IMG/VR virus record: IMGVR_UViG_3300009085_000022
Coordinates: 1-64,000 of that record
Strand: one strand, 5' to 3'
DNA from: a virus
DNA: 64,000 nt
Position 1 is the stretch's first letter; each line of letters starts with the position of its first letter. The position numbers were made by a program, and so were the translations under genes. This document shows positions 1 through 8,922 of the stretch, piece after piece. A model generated the notes under the pieces. It did not search any database. It was not told where the DNA came from and saw only the letters and a program-made list of their open reading frames with translations.

Positions 1-1
1 A

Positions 2-2164
2 ATAGAAGAATTAACTGGAACACAAGCTACTTCATTATTAGATGTTTTTGCTACTACTTCTACAACAAAAGGGCTGGTTCCAGGATCTAATTCTGCAGGT
101 ACAAGTTACTTTTTAAGAGCGGATGGTACTTGGGCTTTACCGGCAGCAGGAGCTGGGACGGATCATTCCAGTTTAATTAATTTAGATTATGCTTCTGCAG
201 GCCATACAGGATTTGAACCTACTATATCTGCAGGAACAACTTCACAATATTATAGAGGAGATAAAACCTGGGTACAGCCTAATCATAACAGTTTAGCCGG
301 ACTACAAGGAGGAATAGTTGGAGAATACTATCATATAACAGCTGCTAAAGTTACTCCGGTTAATAATATCACAACTACAAGCGCAGACAGTGTTCCCACT
401 GGATTAGCTTATAGTTCTACTGGAATAATTACTGGAACAGATGGTACACAATCAGCTTATATTATTCTTACATGGGATGCTATAGCAACATCTACATTTA
501 GTCATTATCAGGTTAGATATAATAAAGATCTTACAACTAATTATACTTATTTAAATGCATCTACTAATACCATTACTATTAATGGTTTATCTGGAGGAGT
601 AGCTTATGATTTTGCTGTAGAAAGTGTTAATAGATATGGTACTCATTCTGGATTCTCTGCTGATCTGACTGTTACTGTTGCATCTGATACAGGTGCGCCA
701 GATACGGTTACAGGAGTAACTGCTGTTGCGGGTATCCAATATGTTATAGTTGAATGGACTCATGTTGCAAATTCTGATAGAGCTTCTTATAATATATATA
801 GGAATATCGCTGATACAACAGTAGGAGCTACGGTAGTTGGTTCTAGTAATACAGATTATTTTATTGATGGCGGAAGAACTGGTGGTACAGCTTTATTCTA
901 TTGGGTTAAGGCTGTAGATACTTCTGGAAATGAAAGTGCCGCTTTCTCTAATCCTTCAGTTACTGCAACACCTAGAAATGTAGAAAATACTGATGTAACT
1001 GAAATTGCTGCGGATAAAATTCTGATAAACGGTATTGTATATCTTTCTAATTGGAGACACGCCAGTGATATTACTAAGATAGATGGCGGAACAATATACA
1101 CTAATTCTATTCATGTTGATGCAATTAATGCTTCTACATTAGCAGCAATTGTAGCAGATTTAGGATCTGTAACTGCTGGTAATATTGTTATTACTACAGG
1201 AACGGATCTTATCTGGCTCAACCACGCTAATGATGGTTCTTTAAATATTGGTGGGAATGTTAAAGCATCTGCTCCATTCAGAGTAACAGCTGCCGGAGCT
1301 CTTACAGCTACAAGTGCTACTATAAGTGGATCTATCTCAGCAACATCTGGAACTATAGGAGGCTGGACAGTAGGGGCTACTTATCTATATTTAGACGGCG
1401 CTACAGATGCTGATTCCTCTGGTATGGTTGCTGCAGATTATCCTTTTTATGCTGGTAAAAAATATGCTGATAGAGCTACTGCTCCTTTTAGAGTTACTCC
1501 AGCCGGAGTACTAACTGCATCAGGAGCCACTGTTTCTGGAGCTATTACATCTACTTCTGGAACAATAGGCGGATGGACTATAGCATCAGATGCTATTTAT
1601 CATGGAACAAAAACTACTTCTGGATATACTCCTGCTGCAACTGATGTCACATTATCTTCTGGTGGCAGCTTACATACTCGAAATTTTTATGTAAATGCGG
1701 ATGGTACTGTTGGTATAAGAGGCACATTGTACCCACATTTATTTAATAAAGTAGCTAGTGCTGTTCTAAGAAACGGCCTTGATACTACAGAGTATACATC
1801 ACAAAATACACATCCAAATTATCAACAAAGAGCAGTATATACATTTACTAATGGTTTCATCGGAGAGATAAGATTTGGATTTGAATTAAGACAAGAGGAT
1901 GCTGGGGGTGGTGGAACGGGTAAAGCAAGAGTTTATAGAACTCCTTTAGGCGGGGCATCTGCTGCAATAGGTGTTGAGATAAATGCTACAACTGGAGTTT
2001 CTTATCTTGCTAAGACTGATGATATTACACAAAACTTTAATCCAGGTGATACTATAGAATTATGGTTGTATTCTCCTAATGGAGATATAACAGTATATGC
2101 TACAAATATTGGATTATATTATAGTGATGGTGATTCTGGTGAAGTAGTAACCTCAGGTTTTTAA
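2..2164 (+). CDS. Tail fibre/host-specificity protein with two FN3-like domains (5'-partial, >720 aa)
   Basis: Frame 2 is open from base 2 to TAA 2164; the ORF track shows only the part from an internal ATG at 1424. FN3 signatures LTWD..YQVRY..GLSGGVAYDFAVESVNRYG and VEWT..YNIYR..YWVKAVDTSGNES; G/T/A-rich fibre repeats SGTIGGW. Confidence 0.8.
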   Translation: MEELTGTQATSLLDVFATTSTTKGLVPGSNSAGTSYFLRADGTWALPAAGAGTDHSSLINLDYASAGHTGFEPTISAGTTSQYYRGDKTWVQPNHNSLAGLQGGIVGEYYHITAAKVTPVNNITTTSADSVPTGLAYSSTGIITGTDGTQSAYIILTWDAIATSTFSHYQVRYNKDLTTNYTYLNASTNTITINGLSGGVAYDFAVESVNRYGTHSGFSADLTVTVASDTGAPDTVTGVTAVAGIQYVIVEWTHVANSDRASYNIYRNIADTTVGATVVGSSNTDYFIDGGRTGGTALFYWVKAVDTSGNESAAFSNPSVTATPRNVENTDVTEIAADKILINGIVYLSNWRHASDITKIDGGTIYTNSIHVDAINASTLAAIVADLGSVTAGNIVITTGTDLIWLNHANDGSLNIGGNVKASAPFRVTAAGALTATSATISGSISATSGTIGGWTVGATYLYLDGATDADSSGMVAADYPFYAGKKYADRATAPFRVTPAGVLTASGATVSGAITSTSGTIGGWTIASDAIYHGTKTTSGYTPAATDVTLSSGGSLHTRNFYVNADGTVGIRGTLYPHLFNKVASAVLRNGLDTTEYTSQNTHPNYQQRAVYTFTNGFIGEIRFGFELRQEDAGGGGTGKARVYRTPLGGASAAIGVEINATTGVSYLAKTDDITQNFNPGDTIELWLYSPNGDITVYATNIGLYYSDGDSGEVVTSGF
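1271..1582 (+). repeat. Internal ~34-codon duplication in the tail fibre
   Basis: APFRVTAAGALTATSATISGSISATSGTIGGWTV (from 1271) vs APFRVTPAGVLTASGATVSGAITSTSGTIGGWTI (from 1481); 210 bp apart, synonymously diverged. Confidence 0.85.
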
Positions 2165-2177
2165 AAACTATTAGATA

Positions 2178-2198
2178 ATCTACTAATTATTAGTAGAT
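2178..2198. repeat. Perfect palindrome (operator or hairpin)
   Basis: ATCTACTAAT-T-ATTAGTAGAT, immediately upstream of a promoter. Confidence 0.6.
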
Positions 2199-2215
2199 AA
2201 AATTTATTGTAAAAT

Positions 2216-2246
2216 TTTGTTTTGTTAAATAATTTATATACTTTTG
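2216..2246 (+). promoter_or_regulatory. Bacteroidota primary-sigma promoter
   Basis: TTTG (2216-2219), 19 nt, TACTTTTG (2239-2246); matches TTTG-N19-21-TAnnTTTG; ATG at 2267. Confidence 0.7.
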
Positions 2247-2266
2247 TAAAATTAAAATTCCATATA

Positions 2267-2593
2267 ATGGCAAATACTTTAGATACCCTTATTAATCTAA
2301 CCAATTTACTACTTAAGAAAGTAGCTGGAAATGCAGGTTGTGATTATTTTGCTGATGCGAATGCTCATGTTGCAAGAAGAGGAAAGATATCTTCTTTAAT
2401 TATTTTAGAAGATAATAGTCAAATTGGGTCTATAACAGAAAGTGCAGGAGGAGTAGAGACTACGTTTGCTACTACAACTAAAACTTATTTAAATGTAGCA
2501 TTTCCTTCAAATACATTAGTTATATTTGATAACCCGTTATCTTCTATTACTTTAGCTGCTGGAAAAGCAATGGTTTATTATATTGATTTATAA
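2267..2593 (+). CDS. Hypothetical small beta-rich (probably virion) protein
   Basis: ORF; start moved to ATG 2267, downstream of the promoter. Confidence 0.6.
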   Translation: MANTLDTLINLTNLLLKKVAGNAGCDYFADANAHVARRGKISSLIILEDNSQIGSITESAGGVETTFATTTKTYLNVAFPSNTLVIFDNPLSSITLAAGKAMVYYIDL

Positions 2594-2611
2594 TAACTAA
2601 AATTTAATATT

Positions 2612-2815
2612 ATGTTACTAAGCCCATTAAAAATATTAAGTCCTATTGGGCTATCTGTTTCTTCTAACCCTACTTATGCTATTTTAACCGATGGTGATTG
2701 TACTTGGCGTATCGGGGCTAGAGATGGAGAGATGGTATGGGATCATACGTTAACATCTACAGGTTTTTCAGGAACAGAAGATATAGATTGGTATAACGCT
2801 CAATCAGAAAGCTAA
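2612..2815 (+). CDS. Small protein with one RxGxR..GFxGxEDxDW module
   Basis: 67 aa; TAATG-coupled to the next gene; motif shared with the next gene. Confidence 0.7.
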   Translation: MLLSPLKILSPIGLSVSSNPTYAILTDGDCTWRIGARDGEMVWDHTLTSTGFSGTEDIDWYNAQSES

Positions 2816-4170
2816 TGGCACAATATATTTATAAAAGTAACGATCAGTATAGATATCTCCTCGATCAATCGACAGGATTCAGATTTCGTATAGGTGTAAG
2901 AAATCATTTTATTGTCAGAGATAAGGAACTTTATGAAAATGGATTTGATGATGCCGAGGACACTGGATGGGAGTATATCGGGGGTTACGGTGATCCTGGT
3001 GATGAGATTGTCACAGGTGGACGTTATCGCTTCGGTGTGAGGGATTGCGACTGGCACGATGATATTGAGTTGACGGCAACTGGATTTGATGGTACAGAAG
3101 ATACTGATTGGAAATGCGTGGGGTCGATTAATTATAATTGGACGATTTCTAAACCGTCTAATTTAGTAGCTGTTGTTTATTCAGATACACGTATAGACAT
3201 TACATGGGATGATGGTTCTGCTGGAACTGATGGGTTAAAAATCTATGTTAATGATGTTTATAATCAAACAGTAGCCTTTGGTGTTGAAGCAGCAAGTATA
3301 ACTGGGTTAACAGCAAACACAGCTTACACAATTGACTTGATGGCTTTCAAGGGAGGAACTAACGGCCCAGAAATAACAACCAGTGCAACAACATTTCATA
3401 GTGAAATAGGCACTTTTATTACAGGGCTTGTTACTCCTTTAAGTAGTGCTCAAAAGATAGATTTAAATAATCTTGTGTCTTATTGGAAAACCGGATGGGG
3501 TGTTAGTTCTTTAAGCGAAGTAATGGATGGTTTGTTTATTGATGCTGGAGCAACAGAGGAAAGTTCTGTTAAAAACATTGTAAGCAATAATTATCACGGT
3601 GTATTAGTTAATGCTCCTGCCTTTACACAGTATGAAGGATTTACTGGGAATACTTCAACCAGGTATATTCGGCATAATTATAATCCCACAAATAATGGGG
3701 TGCGGTTTACAAGAAATAATGCTTCGCTATTTGCTTTATATCGGACAGATCATGGGACAAATGCTGGTAAGAGTTTTGGTGCAGATAATACAGTAGCTGA
3801 CACAAGAGTATATACACATCGTTTGGCTAATTCAATATCTATCAAGCTAAACGATATAAATCAGTTTGTTGTTGCTACGGTAGATGATACAGCAAAAGGG
3901 TTGAATGGAGCAACACGATATGCAAGTAACTCAAGAAAAGGATTTAGAGATAAAACACTCAGTGCAAATTCTACAACAGCGAGCACTGGTCTTATTAATC
4001 TTGAATTATATTTTCTTGCTGCTAATGTGGAAGGAGCTGCTACTGGATTTTCTGAGGTTCAACAAGCTCTACATGGGTTTGGTGCTTCATTAGATCAAAC
4101 ACAACTTGATGTTTTATATGACGGTTTTGCAGCTTATATGACCGCAAAAGGGAAAACAGTAATAACTTAA
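2815..4170 (+). CDS. Putative tail/adhesin protein: two RxGxR..EDxDW modules, FN3, lectin-like C-terminus
   Basis: FN3 motif KPSNLVA..IDITWDD..ITGLTANTAYTIDLMA; C-terminal beta-rich domain typical of phage fibre appendages. Confidence 0.6.
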   Translation: MAQYIYKSNDQYRYLLDQSTGFRFRIGVRNHFIVRDKELYENGFDDAEDTGWEYIGGYGDPGDEIVTGGRYRFGVRDCDWHDDIELTATGFDGTEDTDWKCVGSINYNWTISKPSNLVAVVYSDTRIDITWDDGSAGTDGLKIYVNDVYNQTVAFGVEAASITGLTANTAYTIDLMAFKGGTNGPEITTSATTFHSEIGTFITGLVTPLSSAQKIDLNNLVSYWKTGWGVSSLSEVMDGLFIDAGATEESSVKNIVSNNYHGVLVNAPAFTQYEGFTGNTSTRYIRHNYNPTNNGVRFTRNNASLFALYRTDHGTNAGKSFGADNTVADTRVYTHRLANSISIKLNDINQFVVATVDDTAKGLNGATRYASNSRKGFRDKTLSANSTTASTGLINLELYFLAANVEGAATGFSEVQQALHGFGASLDQTQLDVLYDGFAAYMTAKGKTVIT

Positions 4171-4172
4171 TT

Positions 4173-4526
4173 ATGGATAGAGTAATAACGATAACCAAAG
4201 AACAGGCTGAAAGGATAAGGGGAACCTATGGCAAATATTCAGCTATTGACCCGATAGAGATTCCTGGTGGATTATATATTATATCTGAAGATGTAATTAA
4301 CCATCCTGAGTTTAAGGAAATAGAAGAACTGCTTGTTGATTATGAAAAAACATCCCCTAAAATTGAAATAAATGAAATTAAAGAAGGTGATACAGTTGTG
4401 AAGGATAATATTTATGTCAGCGAAGTAGGATTTGTTAAAGCAGTAAAAACCGATGTAGTCACGTCATTAACTGACAAATCATTGTTGGTTACAAAGACAG
4501 ATAAAGAAATATTAAAAGTAAAATAA
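4173..4526 (+). CDS. Hypothetical protein
   Basis: 117-aa ORF tightly packed in the operon. Confidence 0.65.
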   Translation: MDRVITITKEQAERIRGTYGKYSAIDPIEIPGGLYIISEDVINHPEFKEIEELLVDYEKTSPKIEINEIKEGDTVVKDNIYVSEVGFVKAVKTDVVTSLTDKSLLVTKTDKEILKVK

Positions 4527-5161
4527 TGAAAAAACTAATAACAATCTTATTTTTCGCAGCCCTCTCAATAGGGGCTATGGCTCAGTTCAGAGCAAGGACT
4601 GGTATCTCAGCTGGGGATCACAAAGTGTCGGGTACGAATATCGAAGTCGTTGATAGCCTGACAAAGACCGATGACGGGGAATATGCTATCTACATGGATG
4701 GCGATACTATCCCGCCATATACTCCGTTTGCAAACCGGATTCCTGGTGGTACGCTCTATCCTGAGCTGGCAGACACTACCTACTCTACTTGCTATGGGGG
4801 AGGCACAGGACAACCGGCAGATAGTACCTTATTCGCAGAGGAAGCTACTGCTTTCGGAGTGTGGACGGTAAAGGTAGATACAGCCTATATTGTCAACATT
4901 GATAATCAGCGATTCTCGGCCGGTGATAGTGCAAAATTTAATGTGTACATAGGCAATTCAATGACAATGGTTGCAACAGACTCATTATTTACAGCACCTC
5001 AGGGAGTGGGGGATAACAGAGTGGTATTTACTCCTAACAAGACCCGAAAGATACCCAAAGGCAAGGATGTATGGGTGGGCCTAATGGGTGATCAGATTAC
5101 GGGGATGCGTCCTAATCTTTGGTATTTGCAACTGAATTGGTACATTATAAAAGCTGACTAA
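4526..5161 (+). CDS. Protein with Sec signal peptide, beta-sandwich C-terminus
   Basis: MKKLITILFFAALSIGAMA|Q; TAATG coupling at both ends; visibly higher GC. Confidence 0.7.
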   Translation: MKKLITILFFAALSIGAMAQFRARTGISAGDHKVSGTNIEVVDSLTKTDDGEYAIYMDGDTIPPYTPFANRIPGGTLYPELADTTYSTCYGGGTGQPADSTLFAEEATAFGVWTVKVDTAYIVNIDNQRFSAGDSAKFNVYIGNSMTMVATDSLFTAPQGVGDNRVVFTPNKTRKIPKGKDVWVGLMGDQITGMRPNLWYLQLNWYIIKAD

Positions 5162-5901
5162 TGAAGAAGCTACTATTAATACTTTCAGTATTTCTGCTCT
5201 TTGCACAGGCTCAGGGGCAGAGTGTCATCCGGGCGCAGAGTAATGCGAGGGCTATTGCTACAAGCGGTGGTGCTTCGACTCTTTTAACTGGGCTTGTTGC
5301 ATATTGGACAATGGATGAGGCGTCTGGCAATATGACATCAGAAGTCGGTGATACGTATGGAACCACAACAGATATAACATATGGTATAGCTGGTAAATTA
5401 GGGGATTGTTATCAATTTAATAATTCATCATCGCTTGTTTCTGTTGTTGATGTGGGGAGTGTTTTACAACTAAATACTCTTACTATCTCTTTTTGGATGA
5501 AAGAGGATGGGAATAATGATCGTCTTTTGGAATATTACGCAAGTTCTCAGGGGTGGACTATCGGGACATCGTCATCTGGTTATTTATCTTGGTTTATAAG
5601 AGCCGCAACAGCTAACGAAAATCTTGATGATGTAGATATAACAGACGATGCTTGGCATCATGTTGTTTGCACTTATGATGGTGCACACATGATATTATAT
5701 ATAGATGGGGAGGAAGAGGTATCTGAGGAAAGAACTGGTGGAATAACTTATGTAGGAGCAGCATTTACAATAGGGACAAACGCAGGGGCCAATGACTATG
5801 GTGGACTAATGGATGAAGTATGTATATATAATAGGGCATTAGGACAATCAGGTGTCGATTCATTATGGAACGCAGGAAATGGTTTGGCTTATCCTTTTTA
5901 A
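5161..5901 (+). CDS. LamG/concanavalin-A-like lectin domain protein with Sec signal peptide
   Basis: MKKLLLILSVFLLFAQAQG|Q; GLVAYWTMDE, TISFWMK, WHHVVCTYDG..LYIDG, GLMDEVCIYNRAL. Confidence 0.85.
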   Translation: MKKLLLILSVFLLFAQAQGQSVIRAQSNARAIATSGGASTLLTGLVAYWTMDEASGNMTSEVGDTYGTTTDITYGIAGKLGDCYQFNNSSSLVSVVDVGSVLQLNTLTISFWMKEDGNNDRLLEYYASSQGWTIGTSSSGYLSWFIRAATANENLDDVDITDDAWHHVVCTYDGAHMILYIDGEEEVSEERTGGITYVGAAFTIGTNAGANDYGGLMDEVCIYNRALGQSGVDSLWNAGNGLAYPF

Positions 5902-5902
5902 T

Positions 5903-8263
5903 ATGAAAAAACTATTATTTATATTATTTGTATTTATTTCGATTCCCGCTTGGGGGACGAAGTATTATGTTAAGAACGGAGGAAACGATGCATCAGCAGG
6001 GACTTCAGATGGCACAGCATGGGCAACGATAGCTAAGGTTAACTCAATTTCATTCTCTGCCGGTGATACAGTTGCTTTTAAATGCGGTGATTTATGGAGA
6101 GAGGAATTAATTATACCTTCATCTGGGAGTGGTACAACAATAGCCGACTCAACAACATTTATTACATTTACATCTTATGGAAGTGGAGCAAAACCGAAGA
6201 TATATGGTTCTGAGGTTATAACTACATGGACGGCACACGAAAGTCGTCCTAATGTATGGAGAGGAGATGTTTCTGTTAATGACCCTCATGATTTGGGTTC
6301 TTATGGTTCTTCTTATTATATACTAAGTGATGGATATACTGTTTATTGGAGGGCAATGAGACCGACAGATATGCCATTATTATCTGAACTTGCTGCGGAG
6401 GGGGCGTATGCGTGGATGTGGAGGAATGATTCTATTTACATCTATTGGGAAGGTGACCCTAATTCTGACTTTACGGGAATGGAAGTTGCGCAAAGAGATA
6501 GATGTATCTATTTGAACGATAAAGAATATATTACTATCGATGGCTTAGAGTGTAGATTTGGAGGAACAAGAAATATAGGAGAAAGAGGCGCACCACAAAA
6601 TGCTCTTGATGGTTTAATAATTAAAAACTGCAAGATTAGTTATTCTGGGACTAAGGGTTATATAGACGATGGAATGCACAACGGATATGGAATATCTGCT
6701 TATCATTCTCAAATGTTAATTAAAAATAATGAGGTTTTTGGGAATGGGAGAAGACAAATAAATCTTATCCTTCAAGATTATGGCGATATTACTTTCAGAG
6801 ACGTTATAGTGGAGAATAATACTTGTTACGAAGGTTATCATGCTTACGGCATTTCAACAGGAATGAGTGGAGGTAGTTATATGAAAAACATAGTGATTAG
6901 GAATAATTACATCTATGAAGACAGTACCCAAACATTAATTGAACCTGAAAGCGAAGGCTCAAATGCTATATCAATTTTGAATAACAATGTAGGCGATAAT
7001 TTCAGGGTTGATTCAGTGTTTATTTATAATAATGTCATTTTATGGAATACCAATCATGCAATACAACTATATAGAACTCAAAATGTTTACATAGTTAATA
7101 ATACAATTTATGCCACAAATGAAAATTTACCAGATTATAGGGGGCTGATTGATGGCAGTAATTGTGATTCAATTACAATTAAAAATAATATCATATACGG
7201 GACTAAAACAAGGAACCCAGGTGATGAATTTCAACCTGCTATATATTTTGCCACAGGGACAAGTACATTTAGAGAGATTGACTATAACTTATATTTTCAA
7301 TTAGATTCATTAAGTCAACCATTACTTAGATATTCTGCTATTACTGGTTTGGGGTTAATTGTATATCCTGATTGTTCGATCAGAACTAACGATTGGACAG
7401 CGTACATGAGTGGTGATTATAATGCAGATCGTCATTCTATTGGGCAAAAAGACCCTTTGTTTGTTAATAGATTCGGGCGGTTTGGTGGTGATTATAGATT
7501 ACAGGAGGGGTCTCCCGCAATAGGAGCAGGTGATCCTGTTTCTTTCGCTACAACAGACATCCGGGGGTATTTAAGAGATACAGAAAACCCAACTATGGGA
7601 GCTTATGAATTTGGTAGTTTATCAGTAGATTCTTCTGCAACTAATATTACATCATTTATTTTAACCGATCAAGAATCTTCAGCAATCATAAATACAACTA
7701 ATCACACGGTTGTGGTTCAAATAAGAAATAGTGCTGATATAACAGATCAATCGCCAACAATAGGACTTGACTATGGAGCAACTGTTGATCCTGCCAGTGG
7801 GGTGTCGCAGGACTTTACATCCCCGGTAGTTTATACTGTAACGGCATTAGATGGTGAGACGACTCAGGAATGGACAGTGACACTAACAGTTGAAAATCCT
7901 CCCGGAGTAGCCGAAGTAACAACTGATACTATCACTATTTACAACGTCCGCTATGCTACCGGAGCGGGGAATGTCACTTCCGATGGTGGAGGTACTATCA
8001 CTTCAAGGGGTGTGTGTTGGTCAACATCAGCAAACCCGACAATATCAGATAGTAAGTTTACCAGTGGAGGCACAACAGGTGTATTCTCAGGCAGGCTGTA
8101 CCCGCTAAAGGCAAACACTACCTATCATTACCGGGCTTTCGCTGTGAATGAATCTGGTACATCCTACGGGGCAGATCAGACTTTTACTACTCCGGTGCAG
8201 TCGGTTAATACAACAGGAGGTAAATATTTATATCATAACGGTAAATTAGTAATATCAAAGTAA
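5903..8263 (+). CDS. Right-handed beta-helix (pectin-lyase-like) protein with Ig-like and FN3 domains and Sec signal peptide
   Basis: Start ATG 5903 MKKLLFILFVFISIPAWG; YYVKNGGND..GTS..AWATI, repeated I.NN.I.. rungs, DYRLQEGSPAIGAG..TMGAYE, DFTSPVVYTVTALDG, ITSRGVCWSTSANPT..LKANTTYHYRAFAVN. Confidence 0.85.
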   Translation: MKKLLFILFVFISIPAWGTKYYVKNGGNDASAGTSDGTAWATIAKVNSISFSAGDTVAFKCGDLWREELIIPSSGSGTTIADSTTFITFTSYGSGAKPKIYGSEVITTWTAHESRPNVWRGDVSVNDPHDLGSYGSSYYILSDGYTVYWRAMRPTDMPLLSELAAEGAYAWMWRNDSIYIYWEGDPNSDFTGMEVAQRDRCIYLNDKEYITIDGLECRFGGTRNIGERGAPQNALDGLIIKNCKISYSGTKGYIDDGMHNGYGISAYHSQMLIKNNEVFGNGRRQINLILQDYGDITFRDVIVENNTCYEGYHAYGISTGMSGGSYMKNIVIRNNYIYEDSTQTLIEPESEGSNAISILNNNVGDNFRVDSVFIYNNVILWNTNHAIQLYRTQNVYIVNNTIYATNENLPDYRGLIDGSNCDSITIKNNIIYGTKTRNPGDEFQPAIYFATGTSTFREIDYNLYFQLDSLSQPLLRYSAITGLGLIVYPDCSIRTNDWTAYMSGDYNADRHSIGQKDPLFVNRFGRFGGDYRLQEGSPAIGAGDPVSFATTDIRGYLRDTENPTMGAYEFGSLSVDSSATNITSFILTDQESSAIINTTNHTVVVQIRNSADITDQSPTIGLDYGATVDPASGVSQDFTSPVVYTVTALDGETTQEWTVTLTVENPPGVAEVTTDTITIYNVRYATGAGNVTSDGGGTITSRGVCWSTSANPTISDSKFTSGGTTGVFSGRLYPLKANTTYHYRAFAVNESGTSYGADQTFTTPVQSVNTTGGKYLYHNGKLVISK

Positions 8264-8264
8264 G

Positions 8265-8498
8265 ATGAAAGGAAAATCAATTTTTCAGTACGTATTGGGA
8301 GCCTTAATAGTATTAGGATTCTTTGTACTTATGGTTGTGTTGGTTTACACATCAGTACCCGACCAGAATAAAGACCTGTTAAACCTTGTAGTAGGTGCGT
8401 TGATTGGTTCATTCGCTACCGTTGTAGGATATTTCTACGGGTCGAGCCTCGGATCGTCAGATAAGAATGAATTGTTAAAACAGAAAAATGGAAGTTAA
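8265..8498 (+). CDS. Putative holin (2 TM)
   Basis: 77 aa, two hydrophobic helices, VVGYFYGSS motif and charged tail. Confidence 0.65.
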   Translation: MKGKSIFQYVLGALIVLGFFVLMVVLVYTSVPDQNKDLLNLVVGALIGSFATVVGYFYGSSLGSSDKNELLKQKNGS

Positions 8499-8501
8499 TA
8501 A

Positions 8502-8903
8502 ATGCTTAATAGATTAGTATATATAGCCAAATGCGTGGGTGCAATAATTGGAGGATTAACTGCTATTGCAGGTATTGTGTCTTTTATATATGTCAAAGGA
8601 ATGAAAGCACAGAGTCTTCAATCTAATAATATTGCGATAGAGAAAAAGGTTGATATGTTAATAAGAATGGATTCTTCAAAAAGTATTAAAATAGATCAGT
8701 TATTAGTTAATCAGGAAAAATTTAGAGAAAGCCAAAAAGATTTTGAGATAAAGGTTGATAACTTAAATAAGAGTTACATTAATCACCTTAAGTCAGATAA
8801 GAAAGTTGATGAATTGATAGACTACCTTGAAGGGATAAAAAAAAACGGAGATTTAAATTTATATCCGATAGTCTGGCAGCCGACACAGCAGAATTTAAAA
8901 TAA
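8502..8903 (+). CDS. Single-TM coiled-coil protein (possible -1 frameshift extension to 8923)
   Basis: N-terminal TM, heptad-rich body, A9C run at 8837-8846. Confidence 0.65.
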   Translation: MLNRLVYIAKCVGAIIGGLTAIAGIVSFIYVKGMKAQSLQSNNIAIEKKVDMLIRMDSSKSIKIDQLLVNQEKFRESQKDFEIKVDNLNKSYINHLKSDKKVDELIDYLEGIKKNGDLNLYPIVWQPTQQNLK

Positions 8904-8922
8904 TTATAAGAAAGATAAAGTA

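Noticed and set aside
1-8263. Diversity-generating retroelement or invertible tail-fibre cassette
   Set aside because: No reverse transcriptase or recombinase is present; the 1271/1481 repeat differs at synonymous positions, not specifically at adenines.
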